A stretch of 58,176 bases of DNA, filler included, from Dimargaris cristalligena (taxonomy: Eukaryota): assembly GCA_003614675.1 (NCBI GenBank). It is 3 parts of 3 records of this genome, joined end to end, with 100 filler letters (N's around TTAATTAATTAA, not from the genome) between each part and the next. Parts side by side here need not be neighbours in the genome. Positions count along the whole stretch, not along the records: positions 19,460 to 38,812 come from ML002730.1; 2 more parts are not named here. One strand, given 5' to 3'. The notes under the pieces are model-generated. The model had not been told where the DNA came from. It saw nothing but the letters and a program-made list of their open reading frames with translations, and made no database searches. Numbering within the stretch: the stretch's first letter is position 1; each line of letters begins with the position of its first letter. The translations under genes were made by a program, and so were the position numbers. Below are positions 24,324 through 37,277 of this stretch, piece by piece.

Positions 24324-26299
24324 ATGCCACCGAAAATCGGCACCCTCCAAATCTACGTGGCCGAGGGACGCAACCTCCCCAACCGTGACTTCTTCGGTAA
24401 ACAGGACCCCTTTCTCGAATTCACCCTCGGCAACATTTCCAAGCGCACCCGGGTCGACAAAAAGGGCGGCTGCAACCCCAAATGGAAGGAGGATGTATTC
24501 CTCGACGTGCCCCAGGGCGTTCAGAACCTGGCCATGAAATGCTGCGACCGCGATGTCTCCAGTAACGACGACATTGGCTCCAGCTCCATCGACCTGTTCC
24601 GTATCTTTGAAGAGGAAGAGGTCCACTCATGGTACAAAATGCAGCGCAAGGGCAAGTTCGCCGGTGAAATTTATCTCGAATTCACCTACACGCCTACCGT
24701 AAGTAACCCCCTTCGTCGGCATGCTTAGTCTGCTCCGACTTCCAAGGCCAGCCTTTTTTTAATTTGGTCTGGGTGGTCCCAGTTGGATGCTAGTAGGTCG
24801 TTCTACTGCTTTGTTTTATATGGTGTGTCATGCAGGCCCCTGGACCGGGTTGTTCCAGTGGTATCCACCGGTTTAGCTTTATGTTTCACCCTGTCAGTGG
24901 GTATTATTACCAAGGCCGGGCCGGGTCTATATTCAGCCTAGCCTGGGCCACGGTGTAGGCAGACTGATGAACGCCTCGCCGCGGTAAACGTTTTGTTGTT
25001 GTCACTATTGCTGTCGTTGTCGGTGGTGTTTATACATTTGTTTTTTTATTTACTCAATACAAACTGGTGTATAGTCGTGTTTGTATAATTGCATTTGGCG
25101 GGCATTCTTGCTACAGCTTCCAATGGTTAATTTGGCCTTTAATAAGTTGACTACAAGCCCCAACTCGGGGAGGGGCGTATGGCCCAGATATAGATTGCAT
25201 AGTATCCAGCTGATAGTCTAACTAAGGGCTACAATCAGTTTGGCTAAACCCGACATTCCCGAGCCCCTCCTCCCCGACCCACAGACACCCTTACCATCTC
25301 CTGGGACACCCCTTCCCAAATCTTTCAATTGATCTTTTAAATTGCCCAGTCCTTGTCGGAAGCGGGAGCTAATAGCTGCTCCTGGCCAAAACTAACCCTA
25401 ACTGCATCTCCATGCTGATTCCATACTAGTATACTAACCCTTGCATATATGGCCCCTTTTGCTAATGTTAACCCTTCGACCGTACCCAGACCGGGCGTAA
25501 AAAACCGTCACTGCATAAACTCCACGGCCCCATGGCGTCCATGGCGACCCTCAACGCAGTTCCCTACGCGGCCCACTCAAGCACAACGGGTATGGTGAAT
25601 AACCCCGTAGCCCCACCGACCGGGTCCGTTCGGCCGTTTGCTAGCACTGCACCAGCGGCTTCCCGTCCCCCCTACCAACCACCCGTGGCAACATCCAAAC
25701 CCCCCGCGCTGGCTCCCGCTGCCTCCATGCTCTCCCTCCCAGGGTCCTATCCATCCGAAAACTTCTCCCAAATTTCATTACCTCCCGATAACTATTCTAA
25801 TGCAAGCATGTCCACTTTAGGGCCCTATCCCCTACCCCATACCAACAGCTTTTCCCAGGCAAACTTGTCACCCACCACCAGCTACCCGATGCACCACTAC
25901 TCCACCCCGGGATCCGTCGCACCCATGGCCTATCCCCCCGCCCCAGGTCCTTACGGCGACCCAAATCCGTCGAGTTACTCCCACTTTGGCCCAACCTATT
26001 GCTCCCCACCGCCTGCCCAGCCCCAATATCCGTCGTCCAGTATGGGCTCGGCCGATTTCGTCGGGGGCTTCGTCGCACCCCCACTGGCTACCAGCCCATA
26101 CCCGCCCAACTCGTCACCCCCCCTTCATCAGGGCTATCCACCCATGGGACCCCCTCCAACCAGTCTTCCTCCGTCCGGGATGGTAAATGTATACCCGCCC
26201 GGGTTTTCCCCCAACAACCTTCCCCAACCCACGGCGCCTCCGATTTACGACCCCCACCAGGACTACACCCCCGGAGGGTTTACCTTCACTCCGTATTAA
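24324..26299 (+). CDS. C2-domain protein with Pro/Tyr-rich tail (Inn1/Fic1-like architecture); 2 exons (24324-24698, 25490-26299)
   Basis: IGTLQIYVAEGRNLPNRDFFGKQDPF..KRTRVDKKGGCNPKW..GKFAGEIYLEFTY. GTAAGT donor and CAG acceptor join in frame to the P/S/Y-rich ORF. Confidence 0.82.
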
Positions 26300-26710
26300 A
26301 TAGGGTATATTTATCCCTAACCTGAAGTGGTCCATGTAACGCCTCGCTCGTCTATATATTATCTGCTACATTATCCATATCATTGCCGGATGCCTCACTA
26401 TTCGATAAGTCCCGAACTGTTATAAAAATACCTTTCATTAAAATTATTAGAAACACGCCGGGTTTTTGTAAACGAACTAATTGGGTCCCAGTCCAACACT
26501 ATAAGACCTTAACCGACCAGGAAACGTGCGTCTTCTAGAATAGAAAATGGTGGAGATGCGAGCTAAGTTTGGAATGGGCCTGGGTATACGGAATCCAGAG
26601 TTAATTGGTATTTCACCCTGGCTCCGAATTTCCGCTTGGCATCATTTTTATTTCCCAGTATGGCTAGAATTGTAGGCTACACTACCGCTCATCTGGCCAA
26701 CGTAAGGTGC

Positions 26711-26854
26711 ATATGGGTGGAATTCAAACCAGCTGTATAAGGGTTTACATAATACATGCATGGGTGAATAGATGTAAGAATAGCTTTTAACCAGTAATCT
26801 TGGTCTCATCCAATGGATTTTTCGTTATACAGCCTGAATGAACTTCTCTCATAT
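26711..26854. mobile_element. 144-bp MITE-like element, copy 1, with ~30-bp imperfect terminal inverted repeats
   Basis: Left end ATATGGGTGGAATTCAAACCAGCTGTATAA; right end read on the minus strand ATATGAGAGAAGTTCATTCAGGCTGTATAA. Colinear with 40153-40296. Confidence 0.6.
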
Positions 26855-27326
26855 TCTAAGCGAAACACCGCGATATAACTGAAGTATTGCATTCCAAAGA
26901 GACCAGGCCAACCGGACCAGTACTAGACCCACGTATAAATCAAGAACCAGGCAGTTTTTCTAGATAGAAATGTAATACATAATGCTAGATGCCATTAAAT
27001 AAGAAAATGGGCATTGATTGGTTGCTGGCTGAATTATCCAAACGTCTTTTTTTTTAATATATATTTGCATGGCTTTTGACCTCGGAATCCCCTTAGCACC
27101 TCTCCCATTCTAACCTCGAAAGTGGCCACCTGCCTTAATCCTCCGCATTCCTTGCTCTGAGCTAGTGGGCAATCTCCACTTCATTTCCATTACCAAGCCA
27201 TTTTTATTCGGCCCATTGGCTAGCATTCCCTCCTCGTTTTTGCCCATACACTTCTATCTTTTTTTTTTCATTATATCTTACTTGTCATACTCACATTACC
27301 CTTCCCACTGTACCCGCTCAACCACC

Positions 27327-28341
27327 ATGCCCAAGATAAAACGCCAGCGGACAAGCTTACATGCCCGCGCGGTCCCTGTGACTACTCGAGCCTTCGCCGT
27401 TGAAAAAGACGTGGAAACCTTTATCAGGCCAGCGGACCAACCCGCTCCTGAGCTGATCGATCCCTCCGCCTACATCAAGAGTCTCACAGCAACTGTTCCC
27501 AAGGCCCACCCCGTTGCCAAGCAATCTGTCACTGTTGAGTCTCCCTCAGCGGCCCCAACCGCGTCTGGGCGCGAACCCACCACTGGCCCGCGCAGTAAAA
27601 AGGAAAAACAGTACTTGCGCCGTAAGCAGTTTATGAAAAGTAAGTAGTCCCATATGACGATGGGCAGTTAATACTGTGGTTATGTTGCAAAAGAAGCCTT
27701 TATGGAATCCATCGCCCTCTCCGGGTGGTTTTTTCGGGATCCCACGGGATATGAGACCACTGGCACTAACTAATCTAACCCCGAAATCCGGGTATCTCTA
27801 ATCCATTAATCCTTCACTGACGGTATGGCTGAATATAGAGCTCAACCACGCCTACTCCACAATGAAGGAAAGTCAGAAGCCCAAGTCAAGTAAAAAAGGG
27901 ACCGCTCTGACCTCGGGGCTACAAGAATTAAGGCCGTTATTGAAGGCCATCCAGCAGTCCTCCAAGCCGACCACGGCTGAAGCGGCGACCGGTCGCATTA
28001 AGCCGGCCAAGAAAGTTACGGCCAAGAACCGCCAAAACCAACTGTAAGTCGCCATACTATGATAAAGAATTACTCGGCATTCCAGACCCCGGACCAAAGA
28101 GTAATAGGGGGGAGGCGTCCAAATTAACCAACCATCATGCTGATATAATTGCTCACTTTTATCTAACCCCGCATGCCCCTTTCCCAAATGGTATAATGCC
28201 TTGATAATAATGTACAGGCTCGAAGAGTCCCGTCGATTCCAACTCGTGCTTAACCACAATGCTTTTAAAGCAGACCCACTGAAGGCCGTTACCGCCCATC
28301 TCAAAAACTCACTGGGAGGAAATCAGGCGCACTCGTCTTAA
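27327..28341 (+). CDS. SLX9: Ribosome biogenesis protein SLX9/FAM207A family; 3 exons (27327-27639, 27839-28043, 28218-28341)
   Basis: MPKIKRQRTSLH start, SKKEKQYLRRKQFMKKL, and spliced C-terminal EESRRFQLVLNHNAFKADPLKAVTAHLKNSL. Confidence 0.85.
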
Positions 28342-29003
28342 ATTCTACTGCAACGGCTGCCTGGGTCCACCAACTCCTATTTTACCAATGTCAATTGAAA
28401 GGGGCGTTATTTCCGCCCTCCATCCTTGGCAACCACATCCCGAACAGTGGTATTATTTGTATTTCCCGTTGGTTGGAGGATAAACTAGCTAGTTAATTAT
28501 TTACTTATGTATTTAGTTATTGAATAGTGTGTATGAAGACATAAAAAGAGACTACGACCATTGGCCCGATCGGCTAGTCTGGGCTAAATCGGACTTCAAC
28601 CGGGGGAATGTGTGGGGCGCACACTCGTGGCAAATCCGCACACGTGACGAAGCCGGACTTTGGGTGGTGCAATTTCAACAACTGGCTGTGGATGTGTGTG
28701 AATAAGTAAATGCCTGAGAATAATAATAATACACTGTTTTAATAGTTTGTATGGAAGAGAGGGGTGGCCTATAATTCCCCCCCATGCCAACCTCATTACG
28801 GTGGATAATGAAAAAAAGCCCAAACATCCTCATAGTCACTAGACAGTGGTTTAGTGGGCCATTCAGTCGGGGACAGTCAGGGCAACGACTAGAAAGGCCC
28901 TCCCAGTTCCCTAGCCCTTAGAGGAGCCTCCCAATCCCGTTCTGATTCTCTCTGTTCCCTTGTCCCATTCCTTAGGTAAGCGCCTCATCGACTAACCACC
29001 TAC

Positions 29004-29032
29004 CCATCCATCCATCCATCCATCCATCCATC
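29004..29032. repeat. (CATC)n microsatellite; a (GA)n tract follows at ~29147-29166
   Basis: ccatccatccatccatccatccatccatc. Confidence 0.85.
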
Positions 29033-29750
29033 ACCCGTCTGTCCGTTCGACTATAACCTATCCTTCCTCACCCCGCCGACCATCCGCCAATGATCGACGG
29101 GCAACCGGTCCGACTTGAATCATCCCCGAGGCAAAGGAAGCGCAGATAGAGAGAGAGAGAGAGAGACCGGGTAGCTAGCCACCAGCGAGCGAAGTACCCG
29201 CATGCGAAGAGGAGGAAAGGAAAGGACATGCGATTCAAGTAGACCCACTGCATCTAACGTACATTAGATGCTCGGGCCCGCCAATGCCCCCACCCCGTTC
29301 CCAACTGACCGGATGCCTGGTTGCTCTACCCCTTCTTTTTGCTGGGTTGGCCCCGCAAGTCCAAGTCCAAGTCCAAGCGGGAGTCGGTGCTCCAGCGACC
29401 CCTATCCGAAACGCCGGACTTTCCCCTACCCATTCTATATCCGTCAGAAAAGACCCTCGGAAAATATGGCATTAATTTCCGAAATTAACCGATTATTGAC
29501 TAATATTTATGCTTATTACCCTATTCCTATGTTGTATATTCCTGACTCGATACTATATTATACTATAATTTAGCCCCTTTCCCCCTCCCCGTGCTTTGGC
29601 AGCTTCTAACGAAAGTGAGCGAGTGTGAGTTTAATCCTGCCCACCTCCAACCCGTTCGTCCCCCTTCATCCGCAGCCCTTTGATTCTATTCCCTTTAAAA
29701 GAACTCTCCCCTCCCCCCCTCCTACGGTCCTTACCCCCTTTCATTTAACC

Positions 29751-30722
29751 ATGGCTAGCGTGTCTGTTGATAACCAAAAGGTCGAATCGGTGGCGGCTGC
29801 CCCCGCAGTTGACTCCACTCCTGTCCCTAAGGCCAACGTCGAGGACCTGCCCAACAAGGTCTTCGTTGGCAACCTCGCCTTCCGCACCACCAACGAGGAA
29901 CTCGACTCGTTCTTCTCCCCCTCGGGCAAGATTGTTCTGTCCAACGTCATTACCCGTGGCTCCCGTTCCCTCGGCTACGGCTTCATCGCCTTCGAAACCC
30001 CCGAGGCCGCCGAAGCCGCAGTGGCCTCCTGCAACAAGAAGGAGCTGAACGGCCGCACCGTCAACGTGGAGCTGGCCCGCCCCAAGGGTGACTCCCCCGC
30101 CCACGAGGGTCGTCCCCCGCGTCGTTCGGAGGGCCGCGTCCGCATTCGCGGCGCCGCCGCCACCGCCGCTGCCGGTGGCAAGCGTCGCTTCGCCCGCCGG
30201 GATCAGGCCGAAGGCGAGTCGGATGAGACCGCTGGCCCCCAGGACCATCAGGCTTCTTCCCCCCAAGCCGAGGCCGCTGGTGAAGATGCCGATGGCACCC
30301 AGGGTCACTCTCGTCCCCGCGGTCGCGGCCGTGGTCGTCGTCAACCCGCCAACCCCCGTCGCTTCCCCCGTCGCAGCCGCACCAACGTGGAAGAGGAAGG
30401 CACCCCCTCCACCAACACCGTCTTCGTCGCTAACCTCGCCTTCGAAACCACCGAGGATATGCTGGCCACCGTCTTCAAGGACTACAAGGTCGCCTCCATT
30501 CACATCATCACCCGCCGCCCCGGAGGACGCTCCAAGGGTTTCGGCTTTGTGGTCTTCGAGGACGAGTCTGAGCAGAAGCGTGCCCTGGCCAATGCCGAGA
30601 CCTTCGAAATCGACGGCCGTGGTCTGGTGATCCGCATCGCCATGAGCGAGCCCCATAAGCCCGCTCCCCGGGAAACCTCCGAGGAGGAGGAGGCTGCCGC
30701 CGCCCCTGCCCCCGAGCAGTAA
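29751..30722 (+). CDS. Two-RRM RNA-binding protein with Arg/Gly-rich linker (Sbp1/Rnp24-like)
   Basis: RNP2/RNP1 pairs VFVGNL/LGYGFIAF and VFVANL/KGFGFVVF. Strong C-ending codon bias. ACCATGG start at 29751. Confidence 0.88.
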   Translation: MASVSVDNQKVESVAAAPAVDSTPVPKANVEDLPNKVFVGNLAFRTTNEELDSFFSPSGKIVLSNVITRGSRSLGYGFIAFETPEAAEAAVASCNKKELNGRTVNVELARPKGDSPAHEGRPPRRSEGRVRIRGAAATAAAGGKRRFARRDQAEGESDETAGPQDHQASSPQAEAAGEDADGTQGHSRPRGRGRGRRQPANPRRFPRRSRTNVEEEGTPSTNTVFVANLAFETTEDMLATVFKDYKVASIHIITRRPGGRSKGFGFVVFEDESEQKRALANAETFEIDGRGLVIRIAMSEPHKPAPRETSEEEEAAAAPAPEQ

Positions 30723-31770
30723 TTTTATTGCTCCCCCACCCAACACCTACAACACCACGCAGCCTGTTCGTGGTAGCGTATAGCTGTTAATTCAGGTCGA
30801 TACTCCTAATATCCGGAATGTTATGACCATGTCCCCTATCCGGGCATAGTTCTGGTAGACCTACCTTCTCCTATAGAGGGTTTTTTTATATAAATATTTC
30901 GGATGCCATGGTAGCACACGACTTGATTTAACATCATTTCCACTCTTCGCGGTTATTTACCCCAAAACCTTTGCCACCCCCCTCCTCGCCTCTTTCCCTC
31001 CAGCACTATTCCTGTCTTTGGGTTGAGTGGAATGGTGTGCCGGTGACTAAAACCAAAACCGCCGAACCCCTTACCACTCTCCCCCTCACTTGTTTTACTG
31101 CTCGCCACAGTATTCTCCCCTCTGCCCTTTGTTTTTTAAGGTCGTAAATGTGCGCCCTGACTAAGATCGGGTATGGGATGTTTTATTACATTGTCCTACT
31201 GGACACGCAATCGTTATATACAATATTATAAAAGTGCTATATTTTTATGTACCTTCAGGATCAAATTATCGGATGTGTGAAATGTAAGGTTATAAGGAGG
31301 AAGCCCATGGCCCTGGTCCCGATAGCTAATTATCTAGAATTAGACCCGTTATAGCACCCCACATTTGAAAGTAAGCGGTATGATACGTGAATGAGGGTCA
31401 CGTGCCTATTCTTGGCCTGTGCCCTTTAACCTACTCCCCCCCTCTAATGATAACTATATTTCGCCGCCCTTTATGGCGAACCTCCTCCACACTACCGTTA
31501 GCTATAGTAGCTAGCTAGGTGAGGATATCTACTTAGAACTAAGGAGGTTTTCCTCAGCTGGACTCATAGCCCGTTCTCGACACTTGACTGGTATTGGGGC
31601 TGATCGTAAGTAAACTGTATACTTTCCCCCCTTCCCTTGGTGAATCTACAACACCAAGTGGCCAATCTCCAGCTCTTTGATTAATGCAATCTCCCAGCGT
31701 TTCTTAATTCACGACTTCTGAGTCCATTACTATTATTTTTTTACTTTCGGCACAGTCCTAGATCCACACC

Positions 31771-32472
31771 ATGCGTGCTCTCATTTCGTCCCTCCGTTGG
31801 GCCCAGGCCCCCTCCCTGGCCACTCTCGCCCCAGTGGGTCCCTCCGTGTCTCTGCTGCGCGGGAATGCCACCCGCTCCCTCCTTTTCTCCACGTCGCTGA
31901 GCCGCCGTGACGAAGGCAGTCCTCCCGAAGCACCCTCCTCCACTTCAGCTCTTTTCAGCTCCCAGCCGACCTCCAATGGGCCGGCCCACCACCACACCGG
32001 ACCCCCACCGGGTATCGGTACCAACCAGCCGGCCTTCCGCAATCTCCAGCGCGAGCTCCGGCCGGCCGTCAACCGCTATTCCATCGACATGCTTGATTCC
32101 ACCGTAGCCCCTGGTGAAATCACCCCCTACGTACTTAACGTCCACGCCGGGCTGAACAACACCATCATATCCCTGACCAATGCTAGTGGGGCTGTGCTGA
32201 TCAACACATCCGGGGGCTCCGTGGGGTTCAAAAAGGCCCAGCGCGCGGGGTACGAAGCGGCCTACCAGGCCATGGAGCAGTTGATCAAGAAGGCCCAGGA
32301 GAAGGGTATCGTTGTACAGAACGTCCACATTAAATTCAAGGGCTTTGGTATGGGTCGGGATGCTAGCTTCAAGGCCCTCCGATCACTAACCAACTGGCGG
32401 GTCGTTCGTTTGAGTGACTGTACCCCAATACCCTTTAACGGCTGCCGGCCCCGCAAGCAACGCCGCCTTTGA
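31771..32472 (+). CDS. MRPS18: Mitochondrial ribosomal protein uS11m (yeast MRPS18 family)
   Basis: Arg/Ser-rich presequence, then NNTIISLTN, SGGSVGFKKAQRAGYEAA, FKGFGMGR, DCTPIPFNGCRPRKQRRL. Confidence 0.92.
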   Translation: MRALISSLRWAQAPSLATLAPVGPSVSLLRGNATRSLLFSTSLSRRDEGSPPEAPSSTSALFSSQPTSNGPAHHHTGPPPGIGTNQPAFRNLQRELRPAVNRYSIDMLDSTVAPGEITPYVLNVHAGLNNTIISLTNASGAVLINTSGGSVGFKKAQRAGYEAAYQAMEQLIKKAQEKGIVVQNVHIKFKGFGMGRDASFKALRSLTNWRVVRLSDCTPIPFNGCRPRKQRRL

Positions 32473-33535
32473 TCCGGCACCCCACCTGCTTTTTCCCTCC
32501 GTATCTATTTTTTTATTGTTATTATTTCGGTTCATCAAGATTTCGTGGTTCGAAATAAAGAGAAACATACCTCATGGCTGCCATGTCTCTTTGTGACTAT
32601 ACCATTCGAGGCGGTATCTACTGGGTTGATGTTTCTAGAGCCAACCCCGCTATTTTGATCCAATAAACATTACGTCATATTTATTCCTACCATTTAAGCA
32701 ATAGCGGTACCTGTATCGATTACCCCCTCCTCTCCGGAACGATGGACCATGCCATTCGATCTACCATCGCCATCGCTCGATGGTATATTAGAGGAATGTA
32801 GCTTAGCCCTGGAATCGAGATACACGAATGATTGGAGCCACTAATACAACATTTATGGTAGATGATAGTTAAACTAAGATGAAATTGCACGCTGTATGCC
32901 AATGATAAACCCACCCAGGTATTGAATGTGAAGGAATGAGTTGTGGGTATGTAAATCGGTAGCAAAATACGCAAGGGGAAAGGGGATTGGTTTAGGACAC
33001 TATGGTAATTAAATGAGAGTAATACTGCTCAATCGAGCATTATCGAGGATGTACCCCTGGCAAGAATCAACATCCAAATATAATTGGGCCAGTGGCTCAA
33101 GAGTGGGGGTAAACCAACCGCCCGGTATAGTATCCCCTCAATAGCCATACTTTGTGGCAAGGGGCCATGTACGGATAGAATGAGTGGACTGATCAAGGCG
33201 AACGGGACAGTAGGATATACAGGTAGCGTGGCAAGTCAGATATGTTTCCCTCCCAAATGGGTTGACCTAGAAACGGAGAATGAATGGTGCTCGATGGATA
33301 GGGCTAAGAATGGCGGCGAATCAGTAGATGACTCGATCACAGCAGCACCCTCGTCAGCTTTTACTGAGTACTTCCAAAACAGGCATCTTTGGAGTGATCT
33401 AATCTTGAATACCGGAGCCGAGTCTATATAGATTAATTAAATAGTGCGAAGTGCCGAATACTGGACCAGAAGGGGTGATATGGCTCTATTCTCTGACTAC
33501 ATTGGGTAAATAGTGCAGGAGGGTGGAACCTAGTG

Positions 33536-34343
33536 TTACTTGAGGTCGTGGCCACAGTGGGGACAGTAGCGGAAGCCAGTCCCCTGGATTCCTTGGCTAC
33601 AGCTGGGGCATTGGGTGGTTACCATGCCTAGGGAGTTGGGATCTAGACACAACATCGGATGATGAGGTGGTTCAATGAGAAGGAGGATACATTAAGGATG
33701 AATGGCTCACGGGGAGACCGGATATAATGGCATTAGTGCCATTGTCGGAATATTTCGGGTATAGTAAGTAATATGGAGGTAAACTGGTAGCTGAAGAGGC
33801 CTGGTAAAGCTAACCCCAATCATCACTGATTGAACAGGAGGCGCTGGTGCAAAGGCCAAGGACTTACCGACGGCTGTGGCCACTTCGTAGCCCGGAGGAG
33901 GCTGGGGCCGAGCCACTAATTGTGGAGGGCCCGTGTAGGAGGCCCAGTTACAGCGCTCGCACAGGTAAAGGACCTTGCCCTTGGTGACGGGGAACAGGGG
34001 GATGCAGAAGAAGGAGAACTTGGTGCGCAACTTCACGTAGTAGACGGCCATGGTGTAGCAGTTGGGGCACATGTAGGCCTCCGTCGACAGGTATTTCTTG
34101 GAGTCCTCCAGACCACCTGGTTAAGGCATTTGATTAGGTAGGTGGAGTACGGGGTGATAATGTGCACGGACGTGGTTGGAACCGGTTATATTTAAACCTG
34201 AGTGTTAGTACAATGACCCCCTGGAGGAGGAAGGAACGGCACTGCAATATGCCGTTCAGGAGAAGGGAGTATCAGTCGAACAGAGGGGATATTTGTATAA
34301 ACTGGTGCAACTTACATATTAGGCAAAGGAAAAAATCGAGCAT
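33536..34343 (-). CDS. Small double zinc-ribbon protein (zinc_ribbon_15/UPF0768-like); 3 exons (34343-34316, 34116-33868, 33642-33536)
   Basis: Spliced MLDFFLCLICGLE..CPNC..RTKFSFFCIPLFP..CERCNW..PPPGY..CPSC..FRYCPHCGHDLK*. Confidence 0.8.
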
Positions 34344-36008
34344 AGTGATGGTTGCTTTAGGGGCAGTAGAGGGGTACTGGGCGGGGGGTCGTGTGCGGTA
34401 GAGAATGAGGGGGTTAGGGCTGAGGAACAGGACAGAAAGGCTGGTTACGTAGTCAAGTCGAGTCCAAGGAAACAGGATAGAATGAGCAGAGGGGTAAGTC
34501 CTAAAAAGACGGCTAAAGAAGGGGGAAATAAGTGGGGAACAAACCGGAATGCAAATAATACAGAAGTGGGAAACAACCAAGAAGAGAATGAATGCCTTCG
34601 CTTGTAGTCTGGGAAGGGTAAGGGTGGCGGCCGAAGGAGAGAACCCCACTGTAGGGCAGGGCGGGGGACTGGGCTGAGAAGGGGAGGAGGTACCAGTATA
34701 GGTTTTACCTGGAAGGCGGGGTCAATTGCTTGGGTATTGCGCACCCCGCCAACTCCAACAACAACAACTCTCCACTACTTGGGTTAGTCATGAAACATCA
34801 TAGATGTAATTATAATCATGGCCAAGGTCATAGAAAGGAAGCCTCTATGACTATGACTAACACCTTGGAGGGTTTTTGAGCCATCTATCCTTTCATATGT
34901 TCCCTGTGGATGGCAAATTATGACCAAAAGGTCGCCTGCCTTAGATTATTCACTTTAAATAAAACTCTACTTCATCTGACTATGACTAACTAGGGTGACG
35001 GCCGCATTCAGTCTGGCCACAACTTAGCTATTCCGAGGTTTGGTCGGTCATGTGACCTATGCTATCGCCACGGCCTTCCCAGGCAGAATGGGTAAGTAGA
35101 TAGGGATAAGCCCCCTTACTTTTCTAGATCAAGGGTTAGGGTTAGGCCAACTAACCGCGGCGACTTGCAAATACCAAGCCCGACGGACCGTCCGTCAACT
35201 CCCGCCTGCGAGATAGCTGCCGGGTGCATTCGACGGGGCCAGGGAGAGAAACTTACTTAATATTCCTCCTCCCTTCTGTTGATCGACCGCACGCAATGGT
35301 CCAGCAGCAGCCGTGGATTTTCCACCCGCCCCAGCGGGGTTGGCAGTAAAGCAGAAGGAGGAGGAAGTGTCATAAGAGCATATAGCATAGAGCCAGAATG
35401 GCAATGTTAATGCATGCATACAGCCGGACGGGAGGTATCCCCCCCATATCACTCACAGGGCTTGTACGACGGTTCCCTCGGGCCTTTCCGCTTACACTTC
35501 AGCAACTCCCACCCTCACACTTCTGAACCGCCCGGCTGCGTCGGCCTCAAATACCCTTGGCCTCCTCTTCCTCCCTCCTCTTCTCCTCCTCTTTCTTTCC
35601 TTTCCTTTGCTTTGCTTTGCTTTCCTTTCCGTTCCGTTCCTTTCGTTCGCTCGTTTGCTCGCTTCTTCTTCGCGCGCGCCTTTTTATTCCGGTTTAGTCC
35701 GCCCTTTACTTCTTATTAACTATAGTAGTCTCCGCTTCACTCCCCTGTGGCTTCAGCTTCTCCCTTGGCTCACTCAACTCCCGATCCCCCACCAATTCAG
35801 CATAAGCTCCCCTCATAGCACACCCCACCCCTTGGCCTGCTATCCACACCACTCCTTGCTGATTTTTTTCACCCCTCAACTTTTAATAACCCTCATACGT
35901 TGACGTGTGGCCGCCCATAGCCCCTTTTTTTCACTCCCAGCCCGGCTTTTTTATTTTTACCACTCCCCCTAACCCCTCCTTTCTCTTGCCCGGTATCTAT
36001 TTATTAAT

Positions 36009-37277
36009 ATGGCCACTTTCGCTTACCCCGAACAAACCCAGGGCGCCGCCCCCGTGTCTGCCCCCTCTCCCGCCGCCGGTGCCTCCCCCGTGGCCGAGAG
36101 CAACCCCAAGGCCACCCTGTGGATGGGTGATCTGGAGCCCTGGATGGATCAAAACTACCTGCGCACCACCTGGTACAACATGGGCGAACAGGTCAATGTC
36201 AAGACCATCTTCAACCGCTCCACCGGTACCCCCGCCAACTACTGCTTCATCGAGTTCCCCGAGGTGAACGCCTGCTCCAAGGCCCTGGCCACGTACAACG
36301 GCACCTATATCCCCGCCACCCAGAAGATCTTCCGCCTTAACTGGGCCACCGGTAACCAGCCCGGGGGAAGCCCCACCGCCGGCCCCGTCGATGCCCACGT
36401 TGCCCCCGAGAAGCCCACCGACTTCCCCATCTTCGTGGGCGATCTGGCCCCCGAGGTTAACGACTATCTGCTCCTGACCACTATCCAGGCCCGTTTCCCC
36501 TCGTGCCACACCGCCAACGTCAAGGTCGACACCCGCACCGGCGTGTCCCGTGGCTACGGATTCGCCCGTCTCACCGACGAGGGCGAGTACCAGCGTGCCC
36601 TGATTGAACTCGGCGGCCTCCAGATCGGCTCCCGGGCTATCCGCGTGTCCACCGTGACCCCGTCCGCCCGTCGCGGTCCCCCCAACGGCTACTACCCTCC
36701 CGCCGGCCCTTACGGCCACTACCAGGCCCAGGGTATGCCCAACGGTGCTATGGATCCCAGCAACACCACCGTCTTCGTTGGTGGTCTGGTTCAGCCTGTC
36801 ACTGAAAATGATCTCCGCCAACACTTCCAGAGCTTTGGCGTGATCACTCACATCAAAATCCCCCAGGGCAAGGGCTGCGCCTTTGTCCAGTTCCAGCAGC
36901 ACCCCCAGGCCGAAATGGCCATTGCCCAACTGAACGGTACCCAGCTCGCTTCCTCCACCATCCGCCTCTCGTGGGGCCGTGGCCACAACGGTAACCATAA
37001 TGCCGGTGCCCAGCCCTACCATCCCCACCCTCACCACCACCATCAGCAGCAGCAGCCCCCCCACTACGGCCGCATGAATGGCAACGGCTACTACCAGCAG
37101 CACCGGGGTGGTCATTACCCTAATGCCAATGGCGGTGGCTTCCGTCCCCCCCACCGGGAGCCCGGCCAGCATATGCCCATGGATGGCTCGAACCAGCCCT
37201 ACCCCCAGGAAAAGGATAAGAATATGGAGGCCATGAAAAACGGCAACGGATTCAACTCCTACGGCGTGCAGGCCTAA
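36009..37277 (+). CDS. Three-RRM RNA-binding protein of the Nam8/Ngr1/Csx1 (SECp43-related) family
   Basis: TLWMGDLEPWMD, YCFIEF, FRLNWA, IFVGDLAPEVND, SRGYGF, DPSNTTVFVGGL, GKGCAFVQF, IRLSWGR. Confidence 0.92.
   Translation: MATFAYPEQTQGAAPVSAPSPAAGASPVAESNPKATLWMGDLEPWMDQNYLRTTWYNMGEQVNVKTIFNRSTGTPANYCFIEFPEVNACSKALATYNGTYIPATQKIFRLNWATGNQPGGSPTAGPVDAHVAPEKPTDFPIFVGDLAPEVNDYLLLTTIQARFPSCHTANVKVDTRTGVSRGYGFARLTDEGEYQRALIELGGLQIGSRAIRVSTVTPSARRGPPNGYYPPAGPYGHYQAQGMPNGAMDPSNTTVFVGGLVQPVTENDLRQHFQSFGVITHIKIPQGKGCAFVQFQQHPQAEMAIAQLNGTQLASSTIRLSWGRGHNGNHNAGAQPYHPHPHHHHQQQQPPHYGRMNGNGYYQQHRGGHYPNANGGGFRPPHREPGQHMPMDGSNQPYPQEKDKNMEAMKNGNGFNSYGVQA

Noticed and set aside
29745-30746. 333-aa antisense ORF over the two-RRM gene
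   Set aside because: Codon-bias shadow of a GC-rich gene.
35132-35146. GGGTTAGGGTTAGG telomere-like repeat
   Set aside because: Only about two units in an internal promoter; too short to call.
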